Part shown: positions 12,134 through 24,265 of the stretch, piece after piece
Layout of the letters: each line of letters starts with the position of its first letter
How positions within the stretch are numbered: the first letter of the stretch is position 1
Notes under the pieces: generated by a model
The model's database searches: none
What the model was told of the DNA's origin: nothing
The model's input: the letters and a program-made list of their open reading frames with translations, nothing else
Assembly: GCA_002633005.1 (NCBI GenBank)
Contig: NMRA01000023.1
Span: 829,339 to 893,338 of the forward strand
DNA from: Phoronis australis
Lineage: Eukaryota; Animalia; Phoronida
Direction of reading: 5' to 3'
DNA: 64,000 nt
Translations under genes and position numbers: made by a program

Positions 12134-15100
12134 TTAGTATCGATGTCCCACTTGCTGTGCTTTGTACGGTTGGAATTTAACAGGACCCTGGGGAGCGATA
12201 CCGGAGAGACCCACCGCGTTTCTGAAATATCACAAACGTAAAAAGTAACATATTAATGATATTACGAAAGATTGTCCTTAAAGTTGTGTAGTAACTTATC
12301 TGTGCATTTATTGAAAGCGTGCAAAGCCTGTAGAATTTGATTTTTGACTTTTTCCAATATGTTATTAATTGAGTCAAGTGACCATATCTTTTAGTAAAAT
12401 TTAGGAAAAGAAGTGTACGTGTACATAGGCAGCAAAACAACGATATCAATAACATGATCAATTTGATTTGATACAATTATTCAATGCAAGATACCAAAAA
12501 CGTTTTACAATTTTATTCATTGTCATTTCGTTTTCGTTTAATGCGTCTTAAAGACTTTTCATGAAAATCATAAATGTCCTGTATTCGATAGCCCCTCGTA
12601 CAGAAGTTGAACATCTGAAAACAATTCCTCAAATCCTTTATGAGAACAGCGCATAAAGCATAGCGTCTGAGAGTTTCTGTCACCTCTCAGCTTTACAAAA
12701 AGACATGATCAAATGAATCAATTAATGATTTGTAAGCAGTCTAAAATTGAATGCAGTCGTTCTACTTTCAGAAAATATACATTTTTACTATACGTTAAAA
12801 TACATAGTTTTGTAGACATTTGGTTGAATACGTTGACTTCTCAACAAGGTCCTATGTACATGTACATGTACTGTACATGTACATGTACATGTGCAGTACA
12901 TGTATAGCCTTAATACACGTGTGTTGTAACAACGGGCAAGGAATCGCTCAATACTGGAACGTTTAGGCAAAGGATCACTTAAATTTTACTAAGAATATTC
13001 ATTGCATGTGTACGATGCTTTCCTACAATTACATGTAAAACAGACCGCACAAAAACTAGAACAATAAAAACAAAAGCATTAGCACTGACTTCCATGCGGG
13101 GTGGTCACTCATGTTGACAAGGTCCCCGCAGGCGTATACCAAGACCTGCGGGTAGGCGGTACTATCTCAGCAAGGTTTGCCGCACCCGGCGCGCGGTCCA
13201 ACAGGCCCTTAAATTTCCACTTCATTCCCGAAAAAGGACCTCTGTATTGGCCTCAGCCCCGCTGAAGGCGAACTGGCCATCTTTCTATCCTCGCAAAAGG
13301 GGGTGGGAATTAACATACCTCGCACCCGCAAAAGAGTGTCTGTCATAAATTTTTGGTAACGCCTGCGGACACCTCATTGTTAATATGAGTGACCCCCCGG
13401 ATTTACGTGTAATCATAACTAAGCGAAGCATACTTTGTGTTGATGTAACTATTGTTTGTTATAATACAACTAATTGTAAATGAGTAATTGTTGACTTCCA
13501 TTCCATTGATTTGGTTGAGGCGGATTCTCAACTGAGAGGATCACGGATCTCCCCAACTTTGGCCATAGCACTTGTTTATTTTACAAGTAACAAAGCAATT
13601 CTGAGTTACCTCTGTACTGTGAGAACTAGTTGGTTACCAGTTCGCTTTATCATCTGTTGCGCATCAAGATGAGACAAATTCCTTGTATCCTTGCCGTTGA
13701 TTGCCAAAATTGAGTCTCCGGGATTGAGGTATCCTTGTGAAACTGAGCCGGGTTCAACCTGAGAAGCAAAATTACTCCGACTTTAAAGTCCTACTTGCAA
13801 ACTAATAACTGCTTGCGAATGCAATATTAGACGACATCGGCGAGTGCAACTATATCTACCATAAGCAAGTGATAGTCTCATCGTTTTGATTTTAAAACTA
13901 TTTTATAGTCTACATACCCCGACAGCATTGCTACGCTGCCGACAAGATAAATAGAAATGAGACTTATCAGTTTCCTGCATTTGCAATTGATTTTACTTCA
14001 AAAGCCGACACAACCGGCGGTACGTAAATGCCACAATCGTTATCGGAAGATTCCGACAATGATGATCGGGTGATGTTGACAGACAAGTATTTCTGGTCCG
14101 CCAATAGAGGACAGTGCTGCCGAACCACTATCATGGTCCGGGGTCTAATCTTTTTACTAGCAATCGAACTTGACAACATTTTTGACATTTTTTACATTAC
14201 TTTTGTGCTAGCTCGAGATACATGTACATGTGTATTAAATTACTCTACGCCCGAATTCATAATGGCTTACATGAATGACTGTCTCATCCTATTCTGCACC
14301 TGATGACCCCAACATTGAGACGAAAAGTTTGAGATTAGCCTACGAGTTTTTAAATGAATTTTTCGACTGATTACTCGAGTTAGTTGCTCGAATCTAGTGG
14401 TCATCAACCTTGGACTCACTAGTAACTCATGTGCATAAACCATAATACAGCTGAAAACAGAATAACAGATGAGCACTGATCTTAGCACAAACTACTGAGT
14501 TGGGTATAGAGTGTGTAAAAAATAATTACGAGTTCGATTTCGAGTAAACGATTATAAGACTCCGGGCTCAGATGGCACGTGTTGGCTTCGTGTGACGCAG
14601 TAGCTAGATGTACATGTAGATGAACTTTTCTTTCAACAAGTATGACACCTTTTTAACGACGGTTACAGTGATGTAACGTTTTCTCTGCTTCTCGTCTGAA
14701 TCAAAATTTCGGCTTACACGAGAATGCACAGGCTTTCCATTAGTCTCCGAGTGCACACACTTCATAGCCTAAATTTTGCAACAAAAAGAAATCCGTTGAA
14801 GATTTTTGGAAACCCTGCTATACAATCTCCTGTGCCATCCGGAACACCTCGGCTATTTCCAGAGCCTCAAATGCCTCGGAGTCGCTTTGTGTATTTGCCC
14901 ATGTGTGGAATGCAGTCACACAGCCAATCATTCTCCGTTTTGAAAGTCACCTCTGAGGGGAAATACTCGAGCTGTTCCGGAAGCCTCGTGTGCGATAATT
15001 GTGAAAAGGCATTGATTTAAGCATGTACATATATTGCACGACCCTAGCAATCTCTGAAGATCATGTATCAGGACTGATTGGATTCAAATGAAAGGTGAGT

Positions 15101-18100
15101 ATGAAATCAAAATCTGGAATAATGAATGTTTTCTATTTTCAGAAAGTATCTACTTTTCCTTAGTTAAATTTCATAGTTTCCTAGATATTTTCTTGAGAGC
15201 ATGCACATACTAGTCGATAAGGTCCTATAACCTTACAGAGGGATTCACAGGTAGTTACAACAATGTTGTTTTGTCCAGTCATTATAAATGTCCGATTTTC
15301 GCTAACGAACAGTCTCCTTTTCATCTCTAAAAACAGAGCTTGGGACACTCACGCATTCAAAATGCGGTACATTTGATAACGCACACTGATAATCTAAGTG
15401 CACCTTTAATATACATGTAACTATAGCACTAGCAAGCAACGAACCATAAAAATTCAGCTGTGTTGTGCTAAGCATTGAAGTAACCTGCTGCAAGATTCAC
15501 ACATCACCCCGAGTATAGAATTCCTGGAAGCCAACACTAAACAGGCGCATAATATAAATTACCTTTGCGTGTGTTTAAGCGGCGAACTTACCAGTTCGCA
15601 GGCGCCATTGTCAGTTTATCTGACATGCTCGATTCCCAGGCTAACTAGTCGCGAGGATCGGTGAAAACATATTTAAGTTTTTGAGATTGGTATGTTCTTA
15701 GAGAGCTGTGGCCAAATGTTTAAAACAGCCATAATAAATTTTCAGAGCATTTTGGGCACTTTTTCCATTTTTTAGCTTTGATACACAGGGAGACTAACAC
15801 TCGATGTTGAATTCTAAATATTGTTGAACATAAACAAGGACATTTCACGTACCGTACACAATGTAAGGACTTGGTCTATATTTTCATTGTAGTGCAGGCT
15901 CAATTTTCAGAAATCATCTTTTTCAGAAGTTGTCACAAGTTGAAGAAGAACTCTCAATTAAAATCAAACGATGAAAAATATAACATTAGGCTGTAGCCAC
16001 AATTAAAAAATGCGCTAAAAATTTAGCAACTTTCCATTTCACGCAATTGACCATTGACGTACGAAGGCAATTAAGTGTAGGTCTACTTCGACAACAAAAA
16101 TGTTTTTTACATTTATCAAACGCATTAGTTTACCTATAAATTCCATGGAAAGTTTCGTACAGTAGCTCTCCGCCCTCACCTCGTCACGGAATGACGTGCC
16201 TTCAGTTGAGTGGGAGAATGTGTTTTTTAGATCAAGACGCCGAGAACTTAGTTGCATCCTTAATTTAGCGAGGTTCCCTAGACGACTACGAATGATCTGA
16301 AGGTTTGTATTCATAATATCATGCGTGGTGAAACATCGCTGTGCTACTGAATTTTGATAAGCATAACCCTGTCCTATACATGTAATTCAACAAGATTATG
16401 AAGACTCCTGATGCAAACATTGTAAAGTTTGTATATTTAGGAACAGTGAGGAAAGAAAAGCTTTTGAACTAGATGTTTTGTGATTAACTGTGCTTGTATA
16501 TATGTTTGTTATTGTGCTTTGGGCCTTTGACCTTGAATACAATAAAGTGTGATACAGAGAATCCGAGAACCTGCAACACAGGAACCAAGCGCGTCGACGA
16601 TATTCTCATCTTCACATCATTATCATCATTAATACACCCAGAATGATTCTGTGCATTTTGTCACTGAGACCAATGCGATCTCAGTGTCGGATTTAGGGTG
16701 TGGGGCAAAGGGGCCATGGCCCCATAAAATTCTCCCACATTCCATTCAACACTTCGGGGGTTCGAATGTCTGACGAGCAAAATCCTGGCTGATCTACTCT
16801 GCCCTGCTCCCCCCTATAACTAAAAATCCTGAATCTGCCCCAGATCTATGATCAAAATCTGTGTTCATTGTAGCTCAAAACAATTGAAAGAGTGAGTTGA
16901 CTGCAGATATGTTGACTTGACGAAGGATTGGCATGTACGACGGTGATGATCAGCATTTTTTAAAATGTTTAAAAACAGTTCCAGTAATGGAAACAACACC
17001 AACAAACATCAATAGGGGGCGTGCAAGTCAGCAATGCTCTCATTTGAATAGGAACACAGCTCAGTTTCACCTTTAATCATATAATTTTTCAGCCAGTTTA
17101 GTGTATAGGGAGATGAATGACAAAGAACATACAGAAAGTAACAAAAACTGCCACTAGGGGGCTCATCGTCAAATCCGTTTGAAACTGGTCAGGTGATGCC
17201 GTCTACGTGACAGTAACCTAATTGTCACTTCTCAGATTTCAACATCCATGCAGGGAACTTGTTAGACATCAAGCAAACGCAAATCAAAAAAAAAAATGGC
17301 ACTAGAGGGCTCCAAGGTAGTTGGTCGGGTATACTCTCCTCACTTGAAATGTGTACCAAACTTCACGAAGATCCGTCAACGGATTTGGTTGATACTTATT
17401 GCCACTAAGAGGCACCACAGTCATTGTCAGTCGTGCTCATCACATACTCTAAGACTTTACCAATCTTCTTAACGAGCCTACGCCAAGAAGCCGACTCGTA
17501 AACACTAAAATTGGTCACTGGGTGGAGTACGATTGAATCTAGACCTATAATGGGAAGGCAGTATCGTCAATTTAAAGTTATGTAAGACCCTAGAAAAATG
17601 TCCAACTTCGAAAAACCTATCTCATAAATGGCTGGTCGGTACTAGGCTTTATGCACAGCTATAGGAAATACTAATGCAGTTCTTTATAAAATATTCACTT
17701 GTGCATAAGCGGCTATCGAGTATTTTACAATAACTTAAAAATAAAGTCGCATAAAACGAAAATGAAACTTTAATTAAAACAAATCTGTAACAGCGAATTC
17801 CAGATTTTTCTTACACCATTTCTATCAAACATATTATTGTTGTTTTGCTATGAATGTACCTTTCTGTTATTCCCATGACAATGTAGTCACATGACCTGAT
17901 TGATGACAGATTGGTATAAAGTCAAAAATCAAATTGTACACTAGAATTTCTACTTTCAGATATTTGGCTAAATGTATAGCCTTGCCGATAAGGTCCAACA
18001 TAACCTTAATTTGCTAAATTTCATGAAAATCAATTCCGACAAGGCGCGTTCTGAAGAAGCATAGACAATCCGTAAATACTGAAATTATCACTACGGGGCA

Positions 18101-20250
18101 CACCTGTAGTCGAATCAGTTCTAAAGACAACGTTGTTCGTTGCCACATTTATGAGAATGCTTTTTCCAAATTTAACAAAGATCATTCAAGTGGTTTCAAT
18201 CGGGGATACATCCGCGGACGAAAAATCGAAAACAAAACTGCCACCGACTCAGGGCAGCCACAGTACTCGGAGCCGTCTGAAAATTAACCGGTGAAACACT
18301 GCACTTACAGTATATCGCATTGAACACTGACATCTCCCAATTTTTATAACGACTCTGAGTGGTTCCCGCAACGGTTTAGAAGAGGGATGCAGCTGTAGAC
18401 GCTGGACGGATGAACGTCAACATGCGAGCACATATACATTCCCTACGTTAGCGCATAAAAATTTAATAAAACACCCGACGGAGGTGTGAGATACAGTGGG
18501 GTATAAATCACCACTTTGCTCTTTGCATGTACTGCAACGTGTACTAAGAGCACATTTAGGCTCGTGCGCCTGTATGTGAATTTACGCCTAAACTTATATC
18601 CAAATGCAGGTGTATATGTGTACAGACACCCGTCAAATTAATGAACTGGTACGTAAAGTCAACTAAAGAGTCAATAGTTCAGGAGCACGCACGTGTAGGG
18701 CCTACACATCGTAACAAGAAAAAGTGGAACAACATCTTTCAATCTGTCCCACTTACTGCACAGGTGGTATAATAAGCTTAAGATTACGGAAATCAATGAG
18801 TTGTTTCTTACATGTACATGTATCCTGGAAACAATTGGCTTCAATCACACGGAACAGTGGCGGATCTACGTTTTCAGTAAGGGGGGGGTTAGGATTCCCG
18901 CAAAGGTCGAATCCGAGGCGCGTGGCGCCGAGCGGGGGGGGGGGNTGTTGGAACATCTGCTTACACACACCTTTTAGCGGCAATCGAAAAAGTGTGGTGT
19001 GTATACAGGGGCTTAGACAACTACCAAATATTCAAGAGCATAAGGAGCACCGACGAGGCGTAAAAACTTGAGCATCAGATGATCGCAACAGCCTCAAGCT
19101 GTTTAAGAACGAAGACCTGTACTGTTAGTCCGGAACTGTAAACATTTGTTCTGTCTCGTTACGAGAAAAACTGGCGAACGATGGTCGTCTCAGCTCATAG
19201 TCTATTACTAAAAGCAACAATAAACAATTAAGTATCACTTTATTAAGCTGAATCACGTTGACAACAATTGAAAAACGTCAAATGTATCAGGAAACAAATC
19301 ATCTGAAAACAGTTTCACGAAACCAAACCACTCTGTAGGCCTACACCGTGGTGAAAAGAAATACAGGAGCAGTTCGCAGAGGGACCAGATGTACACTGAC
19401 AGTACACAAAAACTCTGGCCTGGTCCGTCACGAGACCAAAAGTACACCTGTGCTTATTATCCCTATAAAAATAGTCGATCTGTCGCGGGACCAAACAGTA
19501 CTGGTAGAGATACATGTAAATAGATTTACAAAGCACACTTTGTTAAAAAACATCACAAGACTAGTTCGCCGTGGGACCAGAAGTACACTGAAACTCGATA
19601 TCTACACAAATCAAGCTGGCCTTGTCCGTCGCGAGACCTAAAGCGTACTTCGCAAAAAACTTACCAATGCGAACAAACCATTTCAAAGACCAGTGTTTAT
19701 CCGCGTCTAAAAGTGTATAGCTTAGGAACGTGCATCTGCATGCGAGGCCTTTGAGCATTGCAAAAGTGTATGTTGAAAAAAAAAACACGTAATCCTTTGA
19801 TATCAAGACGAAAGGCCTTATAAAGGCGCGCATGGACGTGCACACGGCCACGACGAATGATGGTCTAGGTTCTGTCGTAGGAGATTGAAATACTCACTTC
19901 GTTTAAGTGCATAATAGTTGGCAACTTAGGCAACGATTCCTTGCCATTTTCGTTCATTTTCGAGTTACTTTTTGTTTTTTGAAAGCACTTTGTAAAATTC
20001 AGTGTCCCGTCACGGACGGTACCTAATAGTCAAAATTCAATAACTTTATTTATTACCCTTTAGTAACTGCTGATGGAACACTTGAGAAATCGCATTAGAA
20101 TGTGATTCTATGTAGTCAAGAAAGAATACGCCATACCTTTTTTATGGACAGCTGCATTCGGTAGTCGCGTCCTCCTTGTAAACGAAATCCCCAGGGTAAC
20201 CGAGCGTCACTCCTCTGTAACTGAACTGAAACGGTAGGACCCACATTCAT
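12134..20250 (-). CDS. PDZ-only protein of the ALP/Enigma (PDLIM/Zasp) family, 116 aa, 3 coding exons
   Basis: Exons 20250-20137 (MNVGPTVSVQLQRSDARLPWGFRLQGGRDYRMQLSIKK, phase 0), 13758-13610 (VEPGSVSQGYLNPGDSILAINGKDTRNLSHLDAQQMIKRTGNQLVLTVQ, phase 2) and 12221-12134 (RNAVGLSGIAPQGPVKFQPYKAQQVGHRY*). All introns are GT-AG and phase-compatible. PWGFRLQGG is the ALP/Enigma PDZ signature. An acceptor before 20261 implies an upstream non-coding exon. The last exon is less certain than the two PDZ exons. Confidence 0.88.
12853..12905. repeat. (TACATG)n tandem run
   Basis: tatgtacatgtacatgtactgtacatgtacatgtacatgtgcagtacatgta; shorter runs at 9681, 18809, 20701, 21676, 22538 and 60895. Confidence 0.9.
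13097..13400. mobile_element. MITE in the last intron of the PDZ gene
   Basis: Imperfect ~40-bp terminal inverted repeats CGGGGTGGTCACTCATGTTGACAAGGTCCCCGCAGGCGT / ACGCCTGCGGACACC...TATGAGTGACCCCCCGG. Confidence 0.7.
16682..16843. mobile_element. Short degenerate CAGTGGCGGAT-family MITE
   Basis: CAGTGTCGGATTTAGGG ... CCTGAATCTGCCCCAG ends with an internal GGGGCCATGGCCCC palindrome. Confidence 0.55.
17140..18265. repeat. Diverged ~100-150 bp repeat array with CCACTAGGGGGC-like cores, interrupted by a TTAA MITE
   Basis: Cores at ~17150 (GCCACTAGGGGGC), 17299 (GCACTAGAGGGC), 17401 (GCCACTAAGAGGC), 17515, 18088 and 18241, several paired with AAA(C/T)TTCA(C/T)GAA-like blocks. Confidence 0.55.
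17576..18005. mobile_element. Old Kolobok-type MITE
   Basis: TTAA on both sides (17572-75, 18006-09); ends AGTTATGTAAGACC / GGTCCAACATAACC match at 11/14; related decayed fragments at ~9050-9190 and, inverted, ~12330-12390. Confidence 0.55.
18855..19660. mobile_element. Truncated copy (left ~0.8 kb) of the hAT element at 58755-61457
   Basis: Starts CAGTGGCGGATCTACGTTTTCAGTAAGGGGGGG exactly as 58755 and is colinear with 58755-59760; single N at 18945; no right TIR seen. Confidence 0.9.
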
Positions 20251-22167
20251 ATTGACAAGGTCTAATGAGAAAGAAAACGGAAAGTTTTACTCCACCGCAA
20301 AAGCACTAGATAATTACGACCTTATGCAGCGGGGAGTTGCAAAAACAGCGGCCAAAAATAACCTTGAACTGTCTGTCCGTGTCTTATATGATGATAGTGG
20401 GCATCGCATCGATGTATGCTGAGAAAAATATGCGGTGAAGGGTGTTTCTGGCCTTCAAATTGTGTTCCCATGGTTACGGGATGAAAGATGGATTAGGTTA
20501 ATCGTCAACCTTCCGAAACCACTTACACCAAAATGGGGTAGTGCTGCGAGGGTTATCAAGCAAGCGTTTAGCGATTTGTTAGTAATCTCGCGCTACCGAA
20601 GATTGGTTTGGCATTAGCGATAATTTTAACGCCAGGGAACTGCTAGTCGAAACAGAACCAATTCGTTCAGCGGCTGCAGGTGATAGAAATCGTCAATGCA
20701 TACATGTACATGTAGTTTTGAAAGACGAACACGTGGATACACCACGGTGACCAGGGGAATGATCGAATGAGAGCATGCCATTGAAGCAATGGCGACAGTA
20801 CAATTTCTTATCAGTCCCAAAGGATGATGTTCAAACTGCTATTCTTAGTTTGCTACAAACATGTACGCATGGGCGGTATATTTTACGTTTGAAAACAAAT
20901 ACGTTGAAGTATTCAGTCCGCATGTACGGCAAGCAATCTTCGCTTTAAGACAAAATTCATTTTAACACAGAGCGTTATTGTTTTATCTATACAAGCAATT
21001 CAAGAACGTTACGCAGATAGAGAGCCTGGTTCCAATATGACTTCACAGCTCTACTTTATAACGAACTGGAGCTATGTGTCCGTGATTGCAAGCTCGAAGT
21101 TACGGTTTACAGAGATCATATATGCAACTAGATGACTAGACCCGAGCCAATAATTCGACTCGTTCAAATGAGAAATTTTGAGTTCAGACTCGACTGGGAA
21201 GTGCAACTTTAAAGCTAGAAAGCTACTACAGTCGGATTGTACACCCGTCTTTGTGAACCACTAAAAAGTGCTCGAGTCCACGATACCAGATACTTCGCAA
21301 TAGAGCAAAATAATGTAGTTAGATCATAGCAGCCTTTCGTTTACCCAAACTTCGTTGAAACCACGATTATCGGACTTTTTGTTTGAAAGCTTTATACTTA
21401 TTCGCTCGTAGTGTCAGAAAAATCTCCTTTATTCAGGTTTGCGGCTGTGTAATAGACTGCATATGTCTCATCACAAGGCAATAAGTGGAATGACCGTATA
21501 CAGTACGTAAGTACCGAAATAAACAGTGAAATACACGTGACAGCGGGATATGGGGCATACATGTACAAGCAGAGAGAGAGAGAGGGAGGGAGGGAGGGAG
21601 AACACACCGTGTGTCCAATTTCGTATGTATTCATTCCACTTATTGCCTGATGATGAGACATGCAGTCTGGAAATATACATGTACATGTAGCTCAGTAGTG
21701 TTTTAATTTGTTTGTTTGCTATGTCTCTTGCTGTGTAGTTACAGACCTCAAGAGAGGAGATTGTTCCGACACTGCCAGCGAATCAGCATCAAGCTTTCAA
21801 ACAAAAAGTTAAGTCGTACTACGAAATAAAGCAAATACTAAAATGTCAAAGACAGTTATCTGCTTTCAGAAGAGTTATAGTGACTCGTCATCACCATGAG
21901 TGTCGTTAACGCGGTAGTGTCAGTGAGTTCTATGCCAAAGGTAGGCCCTTTAACAGAAATATTTTTCACGTACATATGTTTCGGCATGCTCCTAACTATG
22001 ATACATGTATATACAACAGGAGCTAAACAACAAAGGTATTTGAATTTGATCTGCGCTAAACAAAGTGCAGTTGTTTTCATTGACAATTTATAAACGTTAA
22101 AACAAAAACATGAAAATAGGAGACCTTTGCACTAGTGACGTACCTTGGGGGCTCACATAACTCGCAT

Positions 22168-22473
22168 CATAGGCGGATTTAATCCCCCCTCCCTTGGATG
22201 AGGAAGCAAAATGAAACAGCAGTGTGAAGCGTGATGAAACATTGAGTTCAGTAACCAGGTCTGGTAACGGACGAGGGGAGGAGCTCGTACGCCATCGTGT
22301 TCCCGTTTTTTCTTTAGTCCACCGATAGATTTTCTGAACAAAAGGTCCACATCCCGGGCCCCGCCCCCCACAACTTCCGGGCCGCCTGTGCACGTACAGC
22401 CGCGCTTTGCCCAATTCCACGAGGCAACATGTTCGCGCCCCCCGCCCCTTATGGTATCCTAGGTCCGTCACTG
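22168..22473. mobile_element. CAKWGGCGGAT-family MITE with 5-bp TSD
   Basis: Ends CATAGGCGGATTTA / TAGGTCCGTCACTG; CGCAT at 22163-67 and 22474-78. Confidence 0.65.
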
Positions 22474-23016
22474 CGCATCATGCAGTGTTATTACCCAACA
22501 CCACGTCACGATAATTACGGCATACTGTTGCGTGATTTACATGTACATGTACGGCGGGCCATTAAAACGTGGCAATTTTCAACTTACTTCATATTTACAT
22601 CGTCACCATATGTTGTGTTTCTAACTAATTTGACCAATCACAGAGGTAAGGAATAAAAGAGTAAGTTCCACTTTAAAGCACACTTGGCCGGCATCCAATA
22701 ATGAGACATCGGGTAGACACTATGGCTTATTTTGTTAGATACAGGTACGTATATGCCGCAACACAAATTCTTGTTAAGGCTGCTGCTAATTAAAGTCTAC
22801 CGTGTACCCCTTTTTATAAAAAAATAACCGGCAAGACGCACGGAGGATGAACGATTGAAGCCGAGCCATATCATGTCTAAATTCTCTGCGATGCCATGTC
22901 TTATTGCAGACGAGCGCATAACATTGAAAGCGGGTACTAAACTGTGAAAAGAGACGAAAGGGGCTCCGTGGAAAATAGCCTCGTTACAGGCTCGAGCGCG
23001 CTGACTGCACGGACTT

Positions 23017-23026
23017 CCTTATATGG
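23017..23026. promoter_or_regulatory. Candidate CArG box (SRF site) upstream of the PDZ gene
   Basis: CCTTATATGG is a perfect CC(A/T)6GG, ~2.8 kb upstream of the ATG of a gene from a muscle Z-disc family; function is inferred only. Confidence 0.4.
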
Positions 23027-23463
23027 GAAGTTGATTCTGGGACATTGGTATTCATTCAAATGTGTTGGAATTTCCAACCAATAAAACACATGGAATTAAA
23101 GGTGTAAGAGAATTTTTTGGACGAGGGAACCAATCTGTGTCCTTGGGAAAGCCAGTCCTCGAGCGTTCGGCTATGTTACTCAACATCATTTCTATGACGA
23201 GAGCAGACTAGACCGCGACGATATTGAGGCTCGTTCCAAGAAACTGACCTAAGTTCATTTTTGACTTACTCTAAGATTTGTCTCAACTCTCCAACTTTGA
23301 AACTTCCACGTCTGGTACTGAGATAGTCAATATTAAAGGAGAATGCCACCCGATTTAATTAGTCTTTTTGCCGTCTTAATCGGTCTATATCCACATCGCC
23401 TCGCATACGGTCGACCTTACCTTGCCAAGAGGTGTCGCGTTAACCCTTGAGGAAGGTGAGAAA

Positions 23464-24028
23464 CCTCGCTGGTTCCCTGCGTGCTTAGCCCAGCCAGCAC
23501 GCAGGTATCACCTAGTGGCACGTGCTTTAGCATTGGTCGATGTAATCTTGGCAGTCATTGGTTAGCTTTACAACACCGTGAAAAAATGGCGGACTGTGAA
23601 CGATTTTTAGCCTTCGTTTCTGAAGTGATGTTAGCCGCGTGCTTGAAGCACATACATGCACAATAAACACATTATTATGTGGCCGAGCCGATTTAACCGG
23701 TGTGTTATTCATACTGTATAAGGACACTATCGTAAACAAAAGTCATCGACAGTAGAAAGATGTATTCCGAAAAGGCTCAATATTACAATTTCTAGGCTTC
23801 ACATTTCCTGAACATAATTTTAAGCACCGATTTGTCTGTACAACAGACCACATTTACACTTCAGTCCATCAGTCATGCCAGCTTGTTTGCACAAAGCGCT
23901 GCCTGTTGAGAATTCGACTAGCCAATCAGAAACGCCGGTGTAAAAAAATTTACAGAGGAAATTTAAGTGATACCTGCGTGCTGGCGCGGCTACCGCCCCA
24001 TCTAGCGGCACGCAGGGAACCAGCGAGG
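23464..24028. mobile_element. MITE nested in Kolobok copy 1
   Basis: Perfect 21-bp TIR CCTCGCTGGTTCCCTGCGTGC; TSD GTGAGAAA (8 bp, readable as 10 bp GGTGAGAAAC); absent from Kolobok copies 2 and 3 (empty site at 53221-53230). Confidence 0.92.
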
Positions 24029-24073
24029 GTGAGAAACGACGCTAGCGACGTCAGTGGTTCATATGCAGAGTGA

Positions 24074-24265
24074 ATGCCGCTATGTTGCGGTGCATGGTTC
24101 CCGCTTGTCCGAACAAAGCAGCTGTGAGAAAAGCAGGTATATCGTTTTTTTACTTCCTCGAGAGTCCGAAATGCTTAGGAAGTGGCTCATGGTAGTGAGG
24201 AATGTAATGTACGCTGTAAATAGCAAGTATGAGGCCGCGAAACATCTCCGTGTCTGTGGCCTGCC
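24074..24265 (+). pseudogene. Frameshifted THAP zinc-finger remnant of the Kolobok element
   Basis: Joining frames gives ...VPACPNKAAVRKAGISFF/LPRESEMLRKWLMVVRN...KHLRVCGL, matching the THAP pattern CxxxxC..GISF..P..RxxW..RVCxxHF with the terminal HF lost; same remnant at ~45240-45430 (-) and ~53267-53430. Confidence 0.75.

Noticed and set aside
15485-15610. ATGGCG...GTAAGT on the minus strand as an alternative first exon of the PDZ gene
   Set aside because: Its phase-2 donor cannot join the phase-0 PDZ exon, and it would lose the WGFRL loop.
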